Assembly (NCBI RefSeq): GCF_028641065.1
Contig: NC_073405.1
Location: 15,376,001-15,440,000 of the forward strand
Direction: 5' to 3'
Length of the DNA: 64,000 bases
Source of the DNA: Leucoraja erinacea
Taxonomy: Eukaryota
The number at the start of each line of letters is the position of its first letter. The stretch's first letter is position 1. The translations under genes were made by a program, and so were the position numbers. The notes under the pieces are model-generated. The model had not been told where the DNA came from, did not search any database, and was given only the letters and a program-made list of their open reading frames with translations. Positions 25,601 through 39,600 of this stretch are shown piece after piece.

Positions 25601-28600
25601 TCCTGAGGTTTGCTGATTTAAAAAAAATAATAATGTGGGAGGATTTTGAGTTGAGGATGATATCTTAAAATAAGGCCGATGATGTAGGATCCAGCGTAAG
25701 TTGGGGCCACAACTGTAATTGGAGAATAGGACCTAATATGAGGATCACAATTTTTGGTGAATACAAATATATGAAAGATGGAAAAATAGGTGTCTGGTCA
25801 ATATAGTACTGTAGTAAGTAAGTGTAGAGGTAACAAAGGCACAGATGAGGCAGTGGTGCAGCTGGTTTAATAGGGTTGAGGTAGAAAATGGTCATATTGA
25901 TACTGTTGGTGTTTGACCAGAAACTAATCTTGGGTCAGTAGCAGTTTGCAAAATGTCTGGTTTAACCTCAGGAATAGGTTGACTTAGGAATGGAATTTCT
26001 AGTGGACTTTAATACAGTGGATTCTGGTTATCCCAACATTTAGTTGTAGAAATATTTTGTTCTTGTAGTAGTACTGGTACTTTATTTAGGGACAGCATGG
26101 ATATCTATTAGAGAATGATGAAATAAATTTGAGTATCAAAATTGTAGGTGAATCTGATTTTATTGAATGATATCTACAAGGGATGAATAGTTTTAAATTT
26201 AATTTTAGTTTTGGTAGTTGAGGAATAGGCTGGGTGTAGATCTTATGAGGGTGCCAGAGGAAACGCCTCCGGTGTAGGTTGAGAAATTTCTAGTTACAAC
26301 TTAATTGCAGGATTGCACCCAAGCTGGAAGCGACACATCGTGGAAAAGTGCTTTCCAAAATCTATAATCTTCCAATACTTGGCCTTTCATTTTCTTAGTA
26401 AGCTTATTGGAGGAAGATGTTTCTCCTTTAAACAATGGGGTGTTATTTAATTAGTTTCTGATTATAGGAATAATTATTTTACAAAGTAGAAGTGCAATAT
26501 AATATGTACTTGTGCTTGGACTGAAATGAAACATTTCAAAATTGCTTACTATGATTTTTTTTTTGTACAGAAAAAAAAGTTATTTTTACACTATGGAAAT
26601 AGGTGTAAGGAGAGAGGTTTCGTTAAGAGAGATTTTAAGAAGTAGAAAGAGGCATAAAATTCCAGAGCTTGTGGCTAAAGGTTAAAAATTAATCTTCTAA
26701 GTAGGAAACCCTTTCCTGCGATTACTGCCTATGCAATTTTCATTACTTGCAGAAATAAAATGTCCCATAAATCTATTTGAAGAACAGTTTCTCTCCAGTA
26801 ACCGGAACAATAGATATTTCTCAATTCGGAAGTAAAAGGTGACTTTTTGGTCATTATCTCATTACTATTTACTGGACTATGCTGAATGAAAAATACTGCC
26901 ACGTTTTTGCATTCCAACAGTGACAGTTCTTTAAACCACTTTGCGGTGTCCTGAGATTTTATATGGTGCTGAATCAACACCTGGTGAATTAATTAGATAA
27001 TTGATGATTTACCCCTTGTTATATCTAATTTCAGATGCCTGGGAGAGCCGATGGATTGAATCCAAACATAAATCGGACTACGGTAAATTCAAATTGACAG
27101 CTGGAAAATTTTATGGGGATTCAGAAGAAAATAAAGGTGAGTTATCGTAAAACCATATGACGGAAACGGAATTGGCCATATCAAGCCCTTCTTGCCGGCA
27201 CTATAATTCTGTAAAATCTATTGAACTGTTCATGGTTTAAGTTTCCCTTTATTTCCTTCTCTCCAGAACTCTTCTTTCCTGGCAGAATGAAAGTCTGCCT
27301 GCCTTGGCCTTGACTATTCTGAATCTATGTCCTGGATTTCTAGATTTCCTCTGGGGGGGGGAAACATCCTCTTGGCAGCCACTTTTATAAGCCCCTTCAG
27401 GACCTTGCGTTTCACTCCTCATTCTTTTAAATTGCAATGAATATAGGTTCAATCTTGCCTTATAAGCCAACACCACTAACATAGTAATCAATTTCAGGAA
27501 TTTTCTATAGTTCTGTAACAAGACTCTCCTACTTTTAAAATTATTTCTCTTTGTAATGGAGGCCAGCATTCCACTTGCCTTTCTAATTGTTGTACATACT
27601 TGTTAAAAGGTTCAAGGTTACAAGACGCTCAGATCCCTCGTTATCACAGCGTTCTGTAGTTTCTCCCTATTTAAACAATTACCTACCTATCTACCAAGTG
27701 GACAACATCCAGTTTTATCTAGTATACACCATCCTTCAAATTTTTGCTCAAACACAGAGTCAATCTATATCTCTTTGTGTACACTGCATTCTCCTCATTT
27801 GGTTTTCTGTGGTGTCATAAGTAAATGTGACTCCAATGTGCTTGTTTGCAGCATCTTATCCATTAACATGTAAATTTCGTAGTGCCAGACTTTTTTGTGG
27901 CACCGAAAAGTTGCAGTTTTCCAATCTGAAATATTATTTGGCCTGTTTTCCGAGGCAATCTTGCACCCATGTAATGTACAGGTGCACAACCTTTTATCCG
28001 AAAGCCTTGGGACCAGACACCTTTCGTAATTCAGAATTTGTCGGTCTTCGGAATGGAAATTTTTTTGCGTAGATTTTAATGGCTGGCTCAGTGGTAGAGT
28101 GCTCGGCTCATATCCGCAAGGTCGCGAGTTTGCGCCTTGATCCCGGCAGAAGAAGTTGGAGCGGGGCTGGGCTGGGCTGGGCTGCTGCTGGCTGTGGGTC
28201 TCTCGGTTCTCCGTGCTTGCGGTGGGCCTGGTGGTCGACGTCCAATTGGTCCTGACATCTCCGGTGACTGCACAGACCTGCAGCCATCGCTGTCGTGAAG
28301 ACAGTACAAAGCCCCCACGCCGGTGCAATGAGCGGGGAGCTGGGGAGGGAAGGGGTCACACACATGGCCGGGAAGCAGAGGGGTGTAGGTGGGGTGAAAC
28401 TGAAGGGAGCGTCACCTCTGCGGGCCGCCCTCGGTGAACGTTTTCAAGGACCTTTCTTCAAGGACCGAAAAAATGTCGCTATTCGGAGGTTTTCGTTATT
28501 TGGATCGTCGGATAAAAGGTTGTGCACCTGTAGTACCTCCAATATCATGAAGTCTTACTTTGTGCAGTAATGTATCAGATGGGAACCAACCTCATCTCTT

Positions 28601-31600
28601 CTCCCCCCCCCCCCCCCCCCCCCCCCCCCAATCTTCACCTCGATCTCTGCAACAAACCTCATGCTACTGGTGGGTGGGATATGTACTTGGCCTTCACCTG
28701 ATGTAGTTCTGTCCATGTGTTGCTTACATTCTTGCATTATCTTGATAAATTTTGAGATTAAGTTGACATTGTTTAAAAGCTGATGACACCGAGATCGCTT
28801 GATTCCTTATTCATAGGGCCAGACTACCTACCAAACCGCTACACATGAATATGCATGTAACCTCCCTTAACTTGTAAAATATCAGGAGGAAATTCACAGA
28901 GGCCACTTTTTCGCAAAGTTTCTCAGAATCAGCCTTTGTGTGATTGATCACAAACTGTCATTAGGTTGTAGTGTGCACTGATATCATTCCACATCATAAT
29001 TTCTGTCATTTTTCATTGGTGCGTTCATGTCATTTTATTCCTGAATTGTGTTTCTGATGTTTTAGAATTGTCTATGAACTTAAATTCATTTTGTTTCAAT
29101 TCCTTGCAGGTATTCAGACCAGTCAAGATGCTAAATTTTATGCTAGGTCTGCAAAATTTCAACCATTTAGCAATGAGGGGAAAACCCTTATCTTACAGTT
29201 CACGGTGAAACACGAGCAGAAGATTGACTGCGGTGGAGGTTACATTAAGCTTTTTCCAGCAGATGTGGATCAGGAAGCCATTCATGGAGAAACTGAATAC
29301 TATGTCATGTTTGGTGAGTTCACTGAGCCTATTGGCAAAGACGAAACATTTAGTGGAGATGAAAACAGAAAATATTGGATAGGCAGGATCTGGAAATAAA
29401 GGGAGGGGGGGAGGGAGGGATTGCAGAGTGATGATCTTTGCTTTCTCTCATTGAACAGTTCCTGACCCGAGTGTCATCAGCATTTGTAGTGTTTTACTTT
29501 TGTGACGAAGTAAGTTAACTATAAACTGATTGTATCATAATCAAATAGATTAGAATGAAAAGCTGTCAATAAATCATGCTTGAGTTGGGTGACTGGCCAG
29601 AAATGTGTTGGGTGACTGGCCAGCTAAGCTCTCCCATAAAGCCTTAATCATCTGTCTTAGTTTGATATATCCCCACAAAATCCAGGAGATACCCAATCAC
29701 TTGCATTGCATCCAGGAAACGCCTACAAGCTCCTTTTACCTGCACTTTCTGTTGGAGAACTGTAGACCCACAGTGCATTGCTGTCCAATGGACAATGTGG
29801 GTACAGCACTCTTTGTGCCACACCGTACAGTATATTGAAGGCACGGCATTCTTTGGGCAACCTGAACATTTCAAAAGCACTTGGAATCTAATAAACTACT
29901 TTCGTAATTACTAGTGCATGAGCATATTTATAGACAGTAAGTTTTCATAAACAACAGATGTTCTAATAAATGTAAATGAAGCATGTTCAAATCTTTTTTA
30001 AGCAATAGTGAAATTGAACCTGAATTTGTCTATTTACGTGGTGTCCTAGGTCCTGATATCTGTGGATATATAACAAAGAAAGTACATGTAATTTTGAACT
30101 ACAAGAGCAAAAATCATCTCATCAAGAAGGAGATTACATGCAAGGTGAGTAATTAAATTTGTTATGTTCTATCATTTTACCATAACAGTGCATTTTACAG
30201 TCATTTGAGAGAAACTGACTATAAAAGGATTACAAATGTTAACCCAATGCTTGATCAAGGAAGCAAATGTTATGAACGAGGATGGAATTCTGAGATGGTA
30301 CTTTGGATCTTGATGTGTCTGAAAATTAAAGTGGTGAAATGTACAAGAAGGTAGAGATCATATGGAATATTTACAAGTGTATAGAATTAGAGAGATGCAG
30401 CCCCGAAATTAGCCCTTCAACCCACCTAGTTTGTGCCAAACATCAATGCCAATTTCACTAATCCTTCATTAATTCCATTTTATATTCTGCCCAGCTCCCT
30501 CGAGTTTCTACCACTCACCTACACACTTGGTGGTCAATTAATCCAGTAGCCTGCATGGCATTAGGATGTGGGAGGGAGCAGGAGCACCCAGGGGAAGTCT
30601 ACATGGTCATGGAGAGAATGTACAAACTTCACACAGACAACATTAGAGGTCATGATTGAACCTGGGACTCTGGCGTTGGCAGTGGCTCTACTTGCTCCAT
30701 CACTGTGCTGCTCCTAATACCATTAAGTGTTAGAGAAAGCTTTATGTCACAATTTTTATATTTTAGAAATTTAACTTAAATGATTATTGAAAGGATAATG
30801 CAGGTTTTAACAAACCACCAGAATTAGTTCTTTAAAGACTTTTAAATATGTGTCAAACAATTCTGGTCTGTGTTCGGTATTTGTTAGTAGAAGGGTGGGG
30901 GTCACTAGCAGACATGTAAAGCTTTTATTCTGAGGTTTGGGGTGTGCAAATTCTCTTTACATTTTCATTAGGTAGTGGTCAGCCTCACAGCAATTTTAAT
31001 GAAGTATGGGAATTGGCCTGTGTATCTGGTTAAAGAACCTTATGTGATCCAGAAAACCCACAAGTGAGAAATATTAAAAGGAAGTTACATGAATGGGGAT
31101 GAATCCCAGTTTAATTTCCAATTTAGATTGAACAGACAGAGGCCAGTTGAAGGACAAATGACACAAGGGTGCTATATCACAAACTGTGTTCATTAGAGAA
31201 CATAATATTTTCTCATCTGCTGCCGTCTGTCAGTGACAATTTTGCCCATATTTTTTACGGTATTCTACCTAGTTCTTAACTAGACAGATCTGGCTGCGAC
31301 TTGACAGATCCTTCTATAAAAGAAGAATGCAGGCATAAATTGGCACTCAGGCACTAAATTAGTATTGATCCAGAACTGGATTTTGGAAAGATTTGCTTGA
31401 GTCACCACGCAAACACTATTTATTGTTCTTGGCAGGACGATGAGTTAACCCACCTCTATACATTAATCCTCAAACCTGATCAGACGTATGAAGTTAAAAT
31501 TGACAATGAAAAGGTGGAGTCAGGTACTTTAGAGGAAGACTGGGATTTCCTGCCAGCAAAGAAGATCAAAGATCCTGAAGCTAAGAAACCAGAGGACTGG

Positions 31601-34600
31601 GATGACAGAGAGACAATAGATGATGAAAATGATAAAAAGCCAGAGGTAAGATCCGATAACTATTGTTCCTGTTCTGCAGGTGACAAATGTACAGCTTGCT
31701 AAGATCTTCCATTGAGCGTGGAGGTAGAAGGTCTGAGGGCATTGGTGTGCTTGTTTTCTGGCAGAATTTAAGTATGACTTAGCTGGTTACTGTAAAACTG
31801 CTTTACTTGGATATACTTTACATTATCCGGTCTCCTTAACTTTCTCTTGGAGGATTTACTGTAATATTATTTACAGTGGCGGCGCTGCCCTAGCAGCTGC
31901 GGCTCGCCTCCAGTCCGTTTGTCTTTTTTTTGTTTTCTTTTTGTCCCGTTATTACAGTTTATTTCAGTTTATTTTATTTGTGTACGTGTGGGGAGGGGGT
32001 GGGGTGGGAGAAACTTGTTTTAGTCTCTTGCGGAGCTGGCGGCCTCCAACTGGGACTGACCTCGAGGCTCCGGAGGCAGAGCCAGCCAGGACTTACCAAC
32101 GCGAGGCTGGCCGACTTCGGGGCTGTGGTGGCGTTGCGGCGGCGACCCCGACTTCGGGGCTGTTGCGGCGGTGACCCGACTTCGGAGGCTCGGCCGCGGG
32201 CCCAGTGGACGACATCGTCGGGAGCTCTTAGGTCCCAGGATGGTGACCTGTTTTTTCTGGAGCTCCCGCAACAGCTTCGTCCGCTGGACTGGAGGGTGGC
32301 AGCTTCGACCTCTCCGAGCCTCGGAATTTGAACCGGCCCGTTCGCGGAGCTCGGATTCAGCTGCGGGACGTACCATCACCCGGCGGGGTCACAACATCGG
32401 AAGCCTGGATTGCCTCAACGCAGAGGGAGAACAAGGAGGAAGAGACAAGGACTTTAAGACTTTTGATTTCCATCACAGTGAGGTGGGCCTGGTGGACTCA
32501 CTGTGGTGGATGTTAAATCTGTGTTTCTTGTGTGTTTTGTTATTTTTGTTCTATGTTATGACTGCAAGGAACAAAATTTTGTTCAGACTGAAAAGTCTGA
32601 ATACTTGACTACTTGACTTGATAAGGGGAAGTTTAAAAAATCCCTGACCTAGTGACGAAGTGAAAAAGCAAGGTTTCTAGAGTTGCAAAAGGTATTTATA
32701 AGGAATGCCAGTTCAGAGGCTGTTATCTGATCAAAGCACCTCTCTTAATAAATGCAGGATTGGGATAAGCCAGAGAATATACCTGATCCGGAGGCTCAAA
32801 AGCCAGAAGACTGGGATGAGGAAATGGATGGTGAGTGGGAGCCTCCAATGATCCCCAACCAAGAATACAAGGTATGGCAGCTAAACCTTTTGATGAGTGT
32901 TATCATTATGTAAAATCTACAGCTCATAAACAGACCATACAACCCAGATGCGCTACTATGCTGTCTGTATTCCAGACAAATTTTATTTTGCATCCTTTAA
33001 CTGTATCAACATATTATTTTATTATGTTTCCCTTAAGTACTTAGCTTTTCCTGAAATCCATTTATAGATTCCCTAAGCAATTCCATGTGATAACATGTCA
33101 CACATACTACCATCTGGCATTGAATACAAAATCCAGGATATTTTGTTAACCTTCATTTACATTTGTCATGTCTGGCTGGCTGACTTACCCTGCATACCAT
33201 ACTTCAAGCAGGGTGCAAAAGCTTTGAGGCTTCACAATGGAGTTCCTAGAATGCTTCCAAGGAAAATAAGTTGCAGTTATGTGGATAGACTGACTATTTT
33301 ACCTGGACGAGATTTTAAAAACTGATAAAAGGTGAAGGATTTAGAAAGCATAAATGAAAAGAAAGTTGTTAGGCTCAGAAACCAGGGGCACAAATTTAAA
33401 GTCTCAGGCAAGTGAATGAATGGCATGAGGAAAACATATTTGTTGAAACAAGTGATTGGTGTTTGAAATGCACTGCCTGATGAGGCATTGGATTCGATCT
33501 TATGCAACAAGTAATTGGATAAATACTTTAAAAATGAGGATGTAGCAGGAGAGTGTACAACTGAATTGGACTGGGTAGATGCAAGTGAAAATGTGCTGTC
33601 TAAGAGTAGTATTGTTCTGTTTCAGAAAACACATTTAAGACATTTTACCTGATTATCTTATTGCATTTATTGATGACTATATTTCTGGCTTTTCATTGTG
33701 GCCAACCATCTATGGGTCTATCCTATCAAACCATTCACAGTTTTAGACCCTAAAATTATAAGGGAAAGTTAAAAAAAAAAAATGCTGACCTAGTGATGAA
33801 GTGAGATAACCAAGTGAGAAAACCATCTAAAACAAACAAGCTCATATAAAACAAACTGCTGGAAGAGCTCAGCAGGTCAGGTAGTAATGGACAGATGACA
33901 TTTCAAGTTGGGATCCTTTCTCAGTAATTTATGGGGTTTTTTTTCATCATGATTCCAGCATCTGCAGTCTCTTGCGTGTCCAGGTTATTCCTTTACTTTT
34001 CTAGAAGAAATAATCTGGTCCATTTCTACTGTATTATAAGGTCAAATCTGACATAATACTTGTTAGTCTTATGTCCATTCATTAGTGTCTTTATATACAT
34101 TTTATAAATTTGGAGATGAGAATTATGTAGACACCCTCCACTTTGACCAGAAATCAAAGGCACCATCTCCTCTCCAAATCGTGTAAATAGAGTGGTGCAA
34201 CTTATACTTTTTGTTCCTTTTTCTTTTACCTAAATGGTTTTATTGTTACTCCACAGTCATAGCACAGTGCCCTCCATAATGTTTGTGACAAAGACCCATC
34301 ATTTATTTATTTGTCTCTATACTCCACAATTTGAGATTTGTAATAGAAAACATCACATGTGGTTAAAGTGCACATTGTCAGATTTTAATAAAGGTTATTT
34401 TTATACATTTTGGTTTCATCATGTAGAAATTACAGCTGTGTTTATACATTGTCCCCCCCATTTCAGGACACTTTTCTGTTTGGGACACATGGCTTCACAG
34501 ATGTTTGTAATTGTTCAGGTGTGTTTAATTGGCTCCTTAATGCAGGTATAAGAGATCTCGCAGCTCCTAGTCTTTCCTCCAGTTTTTCTATCACCTTTGG

Positions 34601-36609
34601 AAACTTTTATTGCTGTTTATCGACATGAGGACCAAAGTTGTGCCAATGAAAGTCAAAGAAGCCATTATGAGACTGAGAAACAAGAATAAAACTGTTAGAG
34701 ACATCAGCCAAACCTCAGGCTTACCAAAATCAACTGTTTGGAACATCATTAAGAAGAAATAAAGCACTGGTGAGCTTACTAATCGCAAAGGGACTGGCAG
34801 GCCAAGGAAGACATCCACAGCTGATGACAGTAGAATTATCTCTATAATAAAGAAAAATCCCAAAACACCTGTCCGACAGATCAAAAACACTCTTCAGGAG
34901 TCGGGTGTGGATTTGTCAATGGCCACCATCTGCAGAAGACTCCATGAACAGAAATACAGAGACTATACTGCAAGATGCAAACCACTGGTTAGCTGCAAAA
35001 ATAGGATGGCCAGCTTACAGTTTTCCAAGAAGTACTTAAAAGAGCAACCTGTCGTAGGCCCCCCTCGGTCATGATGACCATGGGTGATGAATCCTAGTTG
35101 TTGGCTGCTTGTTCGAAACATCGGCTAGAGCAGCATCGCTTGTGGCTGAAGAGACCAATGCAGGAGTGACAGTCTCTGTGGCAGCGGTCACATTTGTGTG
35201 TGGTCTCTGGTTTGTTGAAGTTGCTGCGTTCCTTTCTGCCTGCCCAATTGTCTGGCGCCGTGTTCATCAGTTTCTCTTCCCCCGTTTTGATATGTTGGTT
35301 CCGGGTACCTCTCCACCTTGTGCGGTCAGCTGCAAGGCTCTCCCAGGACTCCACATTGATGTCGAGCACCTTCATATCTTTCTTGCAGACATCCTTGTAA
35401 TGAAGCTGGTGGTGGCCAATGGTTCTCCTCTCAGATGACAGCTCCCCATAGAGAATATCTTTTGGAATACAGCCATCCTCCATGTGGTGGCAATGGCCCA
35501 GCCACCGCAGTCTGCGCTACCTGAGTAGAGTGTACATACTGGGAAGGCCAGTGCGAGACAGGAACTCGGCGTTGGACACTCTGTCTTGCCAGGATATGCC
35601 CAGGATACAGCGGATGCTTCTACGGTGGAAGGTGTTGCATCTTCTCTCCTGTCTGGCATATGTAGTCCATGTCTCACTGCCATACAGCAGTGTGCTGTTG
35701 ACACAGGTGTTGTAGACTGCTATCTTAGTCTTCACTGTCAGCTTTGGGTTGGTCCACACTCGAGTTGTGAGGCAAACGAGAGTTGTAGCTGCCTTCCCGA
35801 TCCTCTTGTCAATCTCTGTGTCCAAAGAGAGGTAGTCCGTGATGGTGGAGCCTAGGTACATGAACTGATGGACGGCATCGAGTTCGTAGTAGTTGATGGT
35901 GATTACAGGCGGTACCTTAGTATCCTGCCCCAGGACATTCGTCTTCGGTACTTAAAAGAGTAACCACAGTTCAGGAAAGAGGTCTTGTGGACAAATGAGA
36001 CGAAGATTAGCTTATATCAGAGTGATGGCAAGAGCAAAGTATAGAGGAGAGATGGAACTGCCCAAGATCCAAAGCATACCACCTCATCAGTGAAACACTT
36101 TGGTGGGGGTGTTATGGCCTGGGAATGTATGGCTGATGAAGGTACTGGTTCACATATCTTCATTGATGATATAACTGCTGATGGTGGAATTCTGAAGTGT
36201 ATAGATGCATCCTATCTGCTCAAGTTCAAACAAATGCCTCAAAATGCATTGGCCGGCGGTTCATTCTACAGCAAGACCATGATCCCAGACATACTGCAAA
36301 AGCAACAAAGGAGTTTTTCAAAGCTAATAAATGGTCAATTCTTGAGTGGCCAAGTCAATCACCCGATCTGAACCCAACTGAACATGCTGTTTATATTCTG
36401 AAGAGAAAAGTGAACGGGACTAACGATCACTAGCTGCAATACAGGCCTGGCAAAGCATCACCAGAGAAGGCACCCAGCAACTGATGATGTCCATGAATCG
36501 CAGACTTCAAGCAGTCATTGCACGCAAAGGATATGCAACAAAATACTAAACATGACTACTTTCATTTACATGACATTGCTGTATCAAAAACATTATGGTG
36601 CCCTGAAAT

Positions 36610-36651
<42 letters not shown>

Positions 36652-39600
36652 GAGTATGTATAAACACTGCTGTAATTTCTACATGGTGAAACCAAAATGT
36701 ATAAAAATGGCCTTTATTAAAATGTGCACTTTAACCACATTGTGATTTTTTTTTTCTATTACAAATCTCAAATTATGGAGTACAGAGGTAAATAAATAAA
36801 TGGTGAGTCTTTGTCCCAAACATTATCGAGGGCACTGTAAGTAACAGATGCCTTGGCATTTAAATTCAAGTAGTCACGCAATGAATACCGCAAACTTCTC
36901 TTTAACTGCATATTTAACTGTATGCTGCTCATTTTAGTAAGTTATGAATGAAATAAAGATTTCCACCATAGTGTGAGAATGCTAGTTTGTAGTGCTGTAT
37001 AATTACAATTATAATTAACCCTTGTTTCCTGCTAAAGATATTCCATCATTCCACACTTTTCCCACGATTGTAAATGAAGTTCCTTCAGTTGAATCTAGAA
37101 ATAAGCAGAATTCACTATTTTGACTTATTAAAGATGGTTGCTTTTCACAGCTACTAGGAGCAGAATAGCAACTGACCAAAACTGTTTAAAAACTGAATGC
37201 ATTGAAAAGCCAGCTACTGCTTGTCATAACGTGTATTAATGTTCTACTTTAAACACTTTCAAACTTGCATATTGCATTAAAGAATGGCAGGTTGGTTGGT
37301 TGTTGCTATAATAATTTCATTGATTTATTATTGCCCTAGGGTGAATGGAAACCAGGACAATTAAAAAATCCCGACTTCAAAGGTGCCTGGGTTCATCCAG
37401 AGATCGACAACCCCGAATATGCTCCTGATGACAACATGTATAAATTTCAAAACATTGGTGTGATTGGCTTGGACTTGTGGCAGGTCGGTAATTGCGGGTG
37501 TTGCTAACTAATTCAGGAAAGAATGTAACAATTGGCATCCTTCTTTACCTAATCTAGTTTGAATGTGAAGTGCTGATAACCTAATCTCAATAGGTGTCTT
37601 GGAGTCGTCCTCATTACCATGAAGGGGAGAGATTAATTTACTTTGAGTAAACTGCACATTTGTTTAATTTAATGCAGCAGTCAGGATTCTGTTGCTATCT
37701 GATAGGGGGAAAAAAAGTCATCAGATTCAGTATGCTTGATGGCTCTGGTTAACTATGATGCAAACAGACCGATTAGTTCCAACTCTGTCTAATGCTACAA
37801 AAAGGGCAGGATGAAAATTGGGTAGCAGGTTAAGCTACCCAATAGCTCCTTCAACCTGCTCTTTCATTGAATAAAAGCATGACCAAAGCTTAGCCTAAAT
37901 AGCAGTATTGTGGATTGTGCAATATTAAACATTTATTGTTTTTTTTTTGGTCTGGTCCTACAGTGTTTAATGTGGTTTTTTTTCCCCTCACATATTCGTT
38001 CTTTTGTTCCGAGCATATCACACCCCTCTGGCAACTCCATAGTTCTCCTTCTCTGTTTCTTCTGTTAAATTTGATTAGTGTGATATGTTCACTACTCGTT
38101 TGTAAAGCCTCTGGAAGTAAGGCTCAGGTCATGGGACCACTGTGAGGGGGGAGGGGAAGAACAATGAAGGACCCGGGGTGGGGGAAACTGCCGTGAGGGA
38201 GGTAGGGGGAGAACAATGGACAATAAGGGGGGGACCTGGGGTGGGGGGGGGGGCTGGGGGGGGGGGGGGGGGGGGGGGACAAAAGGGGGAGCCGGCATGT
38301 TTGGTAACTTTGTCAGCCCCGTAGGTGGCTGCTATTTGTATACATTGTGTACGCAAGCAAAGAATCTCTGTGCCTAGTCACATGTGACAACAAAGTATTC
38401 CTATTCCTAATTCCACTGAATAAAATCTAACGGTCCTCGGAGAGACTTGATCATAATTGTTCAGTTGATCATAACTTTTCAAAGGTTAACAACTATATTT
38501 CAAAGTTAAAAGAACAATTGACATATGATGTGGAAAACAAATTTCACTTGTGTATTGAGTCTAGTTATAGTTTTTAGAGATATGCCACACAAACAGGCCT
38601 TCAGCCCTCTGAGTCCATGCCGACTTTCGATCACTCTTCAACACTAGTTGTATTTTATCCCACTGTCTACACATGGAGAGCAATTTTAGAGCCAATTAAC
38701 CTACAAGCCCGCATGTCTTTGGAATGTGGAAAGAAACCGGAGTAGCTGGATGAAACCCATGCTGTCACAGGGAGAATGTGTAGTCACCACCGCGGCTCTT
38801 CCAACTGCACCACTGTGCTGCCCTGAAGTTTTTCAGATTAAGTTTGGTCTGTTATTCCAAAGCTGACATTTTATTTTCAGAAAAGAAAGCCTCCCTCCCA
38901 AGTGCATTGAGGAGAGCACTTCCCTGTCGATTCTTTACCTTGGGCAGTCATCCTTGTCTCAGTATTGGCGCCTGCACAGTTGGATGGTTTTGGATGCACT
39001 CTATATAATGTACCGTGAGGGTCTGCACCGTGGTAGTATCTTTCAGATGTTGACATCTGCAGTAGTTCTGATAGACTAGAATATTAAAAGTAGAATCTTC
39101 TGTCTATTCCCAGCACCTTTTTATAATCGTCACTATATATTATGATAATGCTGAATTTTGGATTGTCTGGCTTATGATGTGCCTCCTTGAAAACTGGCCA
39201 AGTACCAACTTTGAAATCTGCAATACAAAATGAAATTGAAGTGCATGAAGATTGGCATACAGCAAGTTCATGCTCACAACTGCAGCCAATGATTTTACTC
39301 CATTCGTTTTTTTTTATATAGGTAAAATCAGGAACGATTTTCGATAACTTTCTGATTACTGATGATGAAAAGTATGCAGAAGAGTTTGGCAATGAGACCT
39401 GGCAAAAGACCAAGGTGAGGTATCTGTTGGTTGAAGTTGGAATGAGTAAAGTTCACACAATCAGTTAATTAATTTTATTGACACGTTGGTTCTGTGGCAC
39501 ATTTTGTCATAAAATTTATTCCCTGGCCACATACAACTCCATTGATATTGCTTTATATCCCGGCCCCATACAACTGTGAACTCCATTGGTATGGCTTTAT

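Noticed and set aside
28078-28148. Functional tRNA-Met gene
   Set aside because: No 5' acceptor strand, degenerate B box, embedded in a MITE
31930-32608. Several overlapping 60-145 aa ORFs
   Set aside because: They lie inside a GC-rich repeat and have no domain motifs
32652-32730. Box C/D snoRNA (GTGACGA...CTGA) in calreticulin intron 5
   Set aside because: Imperfect C box, no terminal stem, and only about 27 nt from the 3' splice site
36610-36649. Long poly-G/poly-C runs (also about 28603-28629 and 38240-38280) as G-quadruplex elements
   Set aside because: Mostly homopolymer expansions within or near repeats; lengths are unreliable in assemblies
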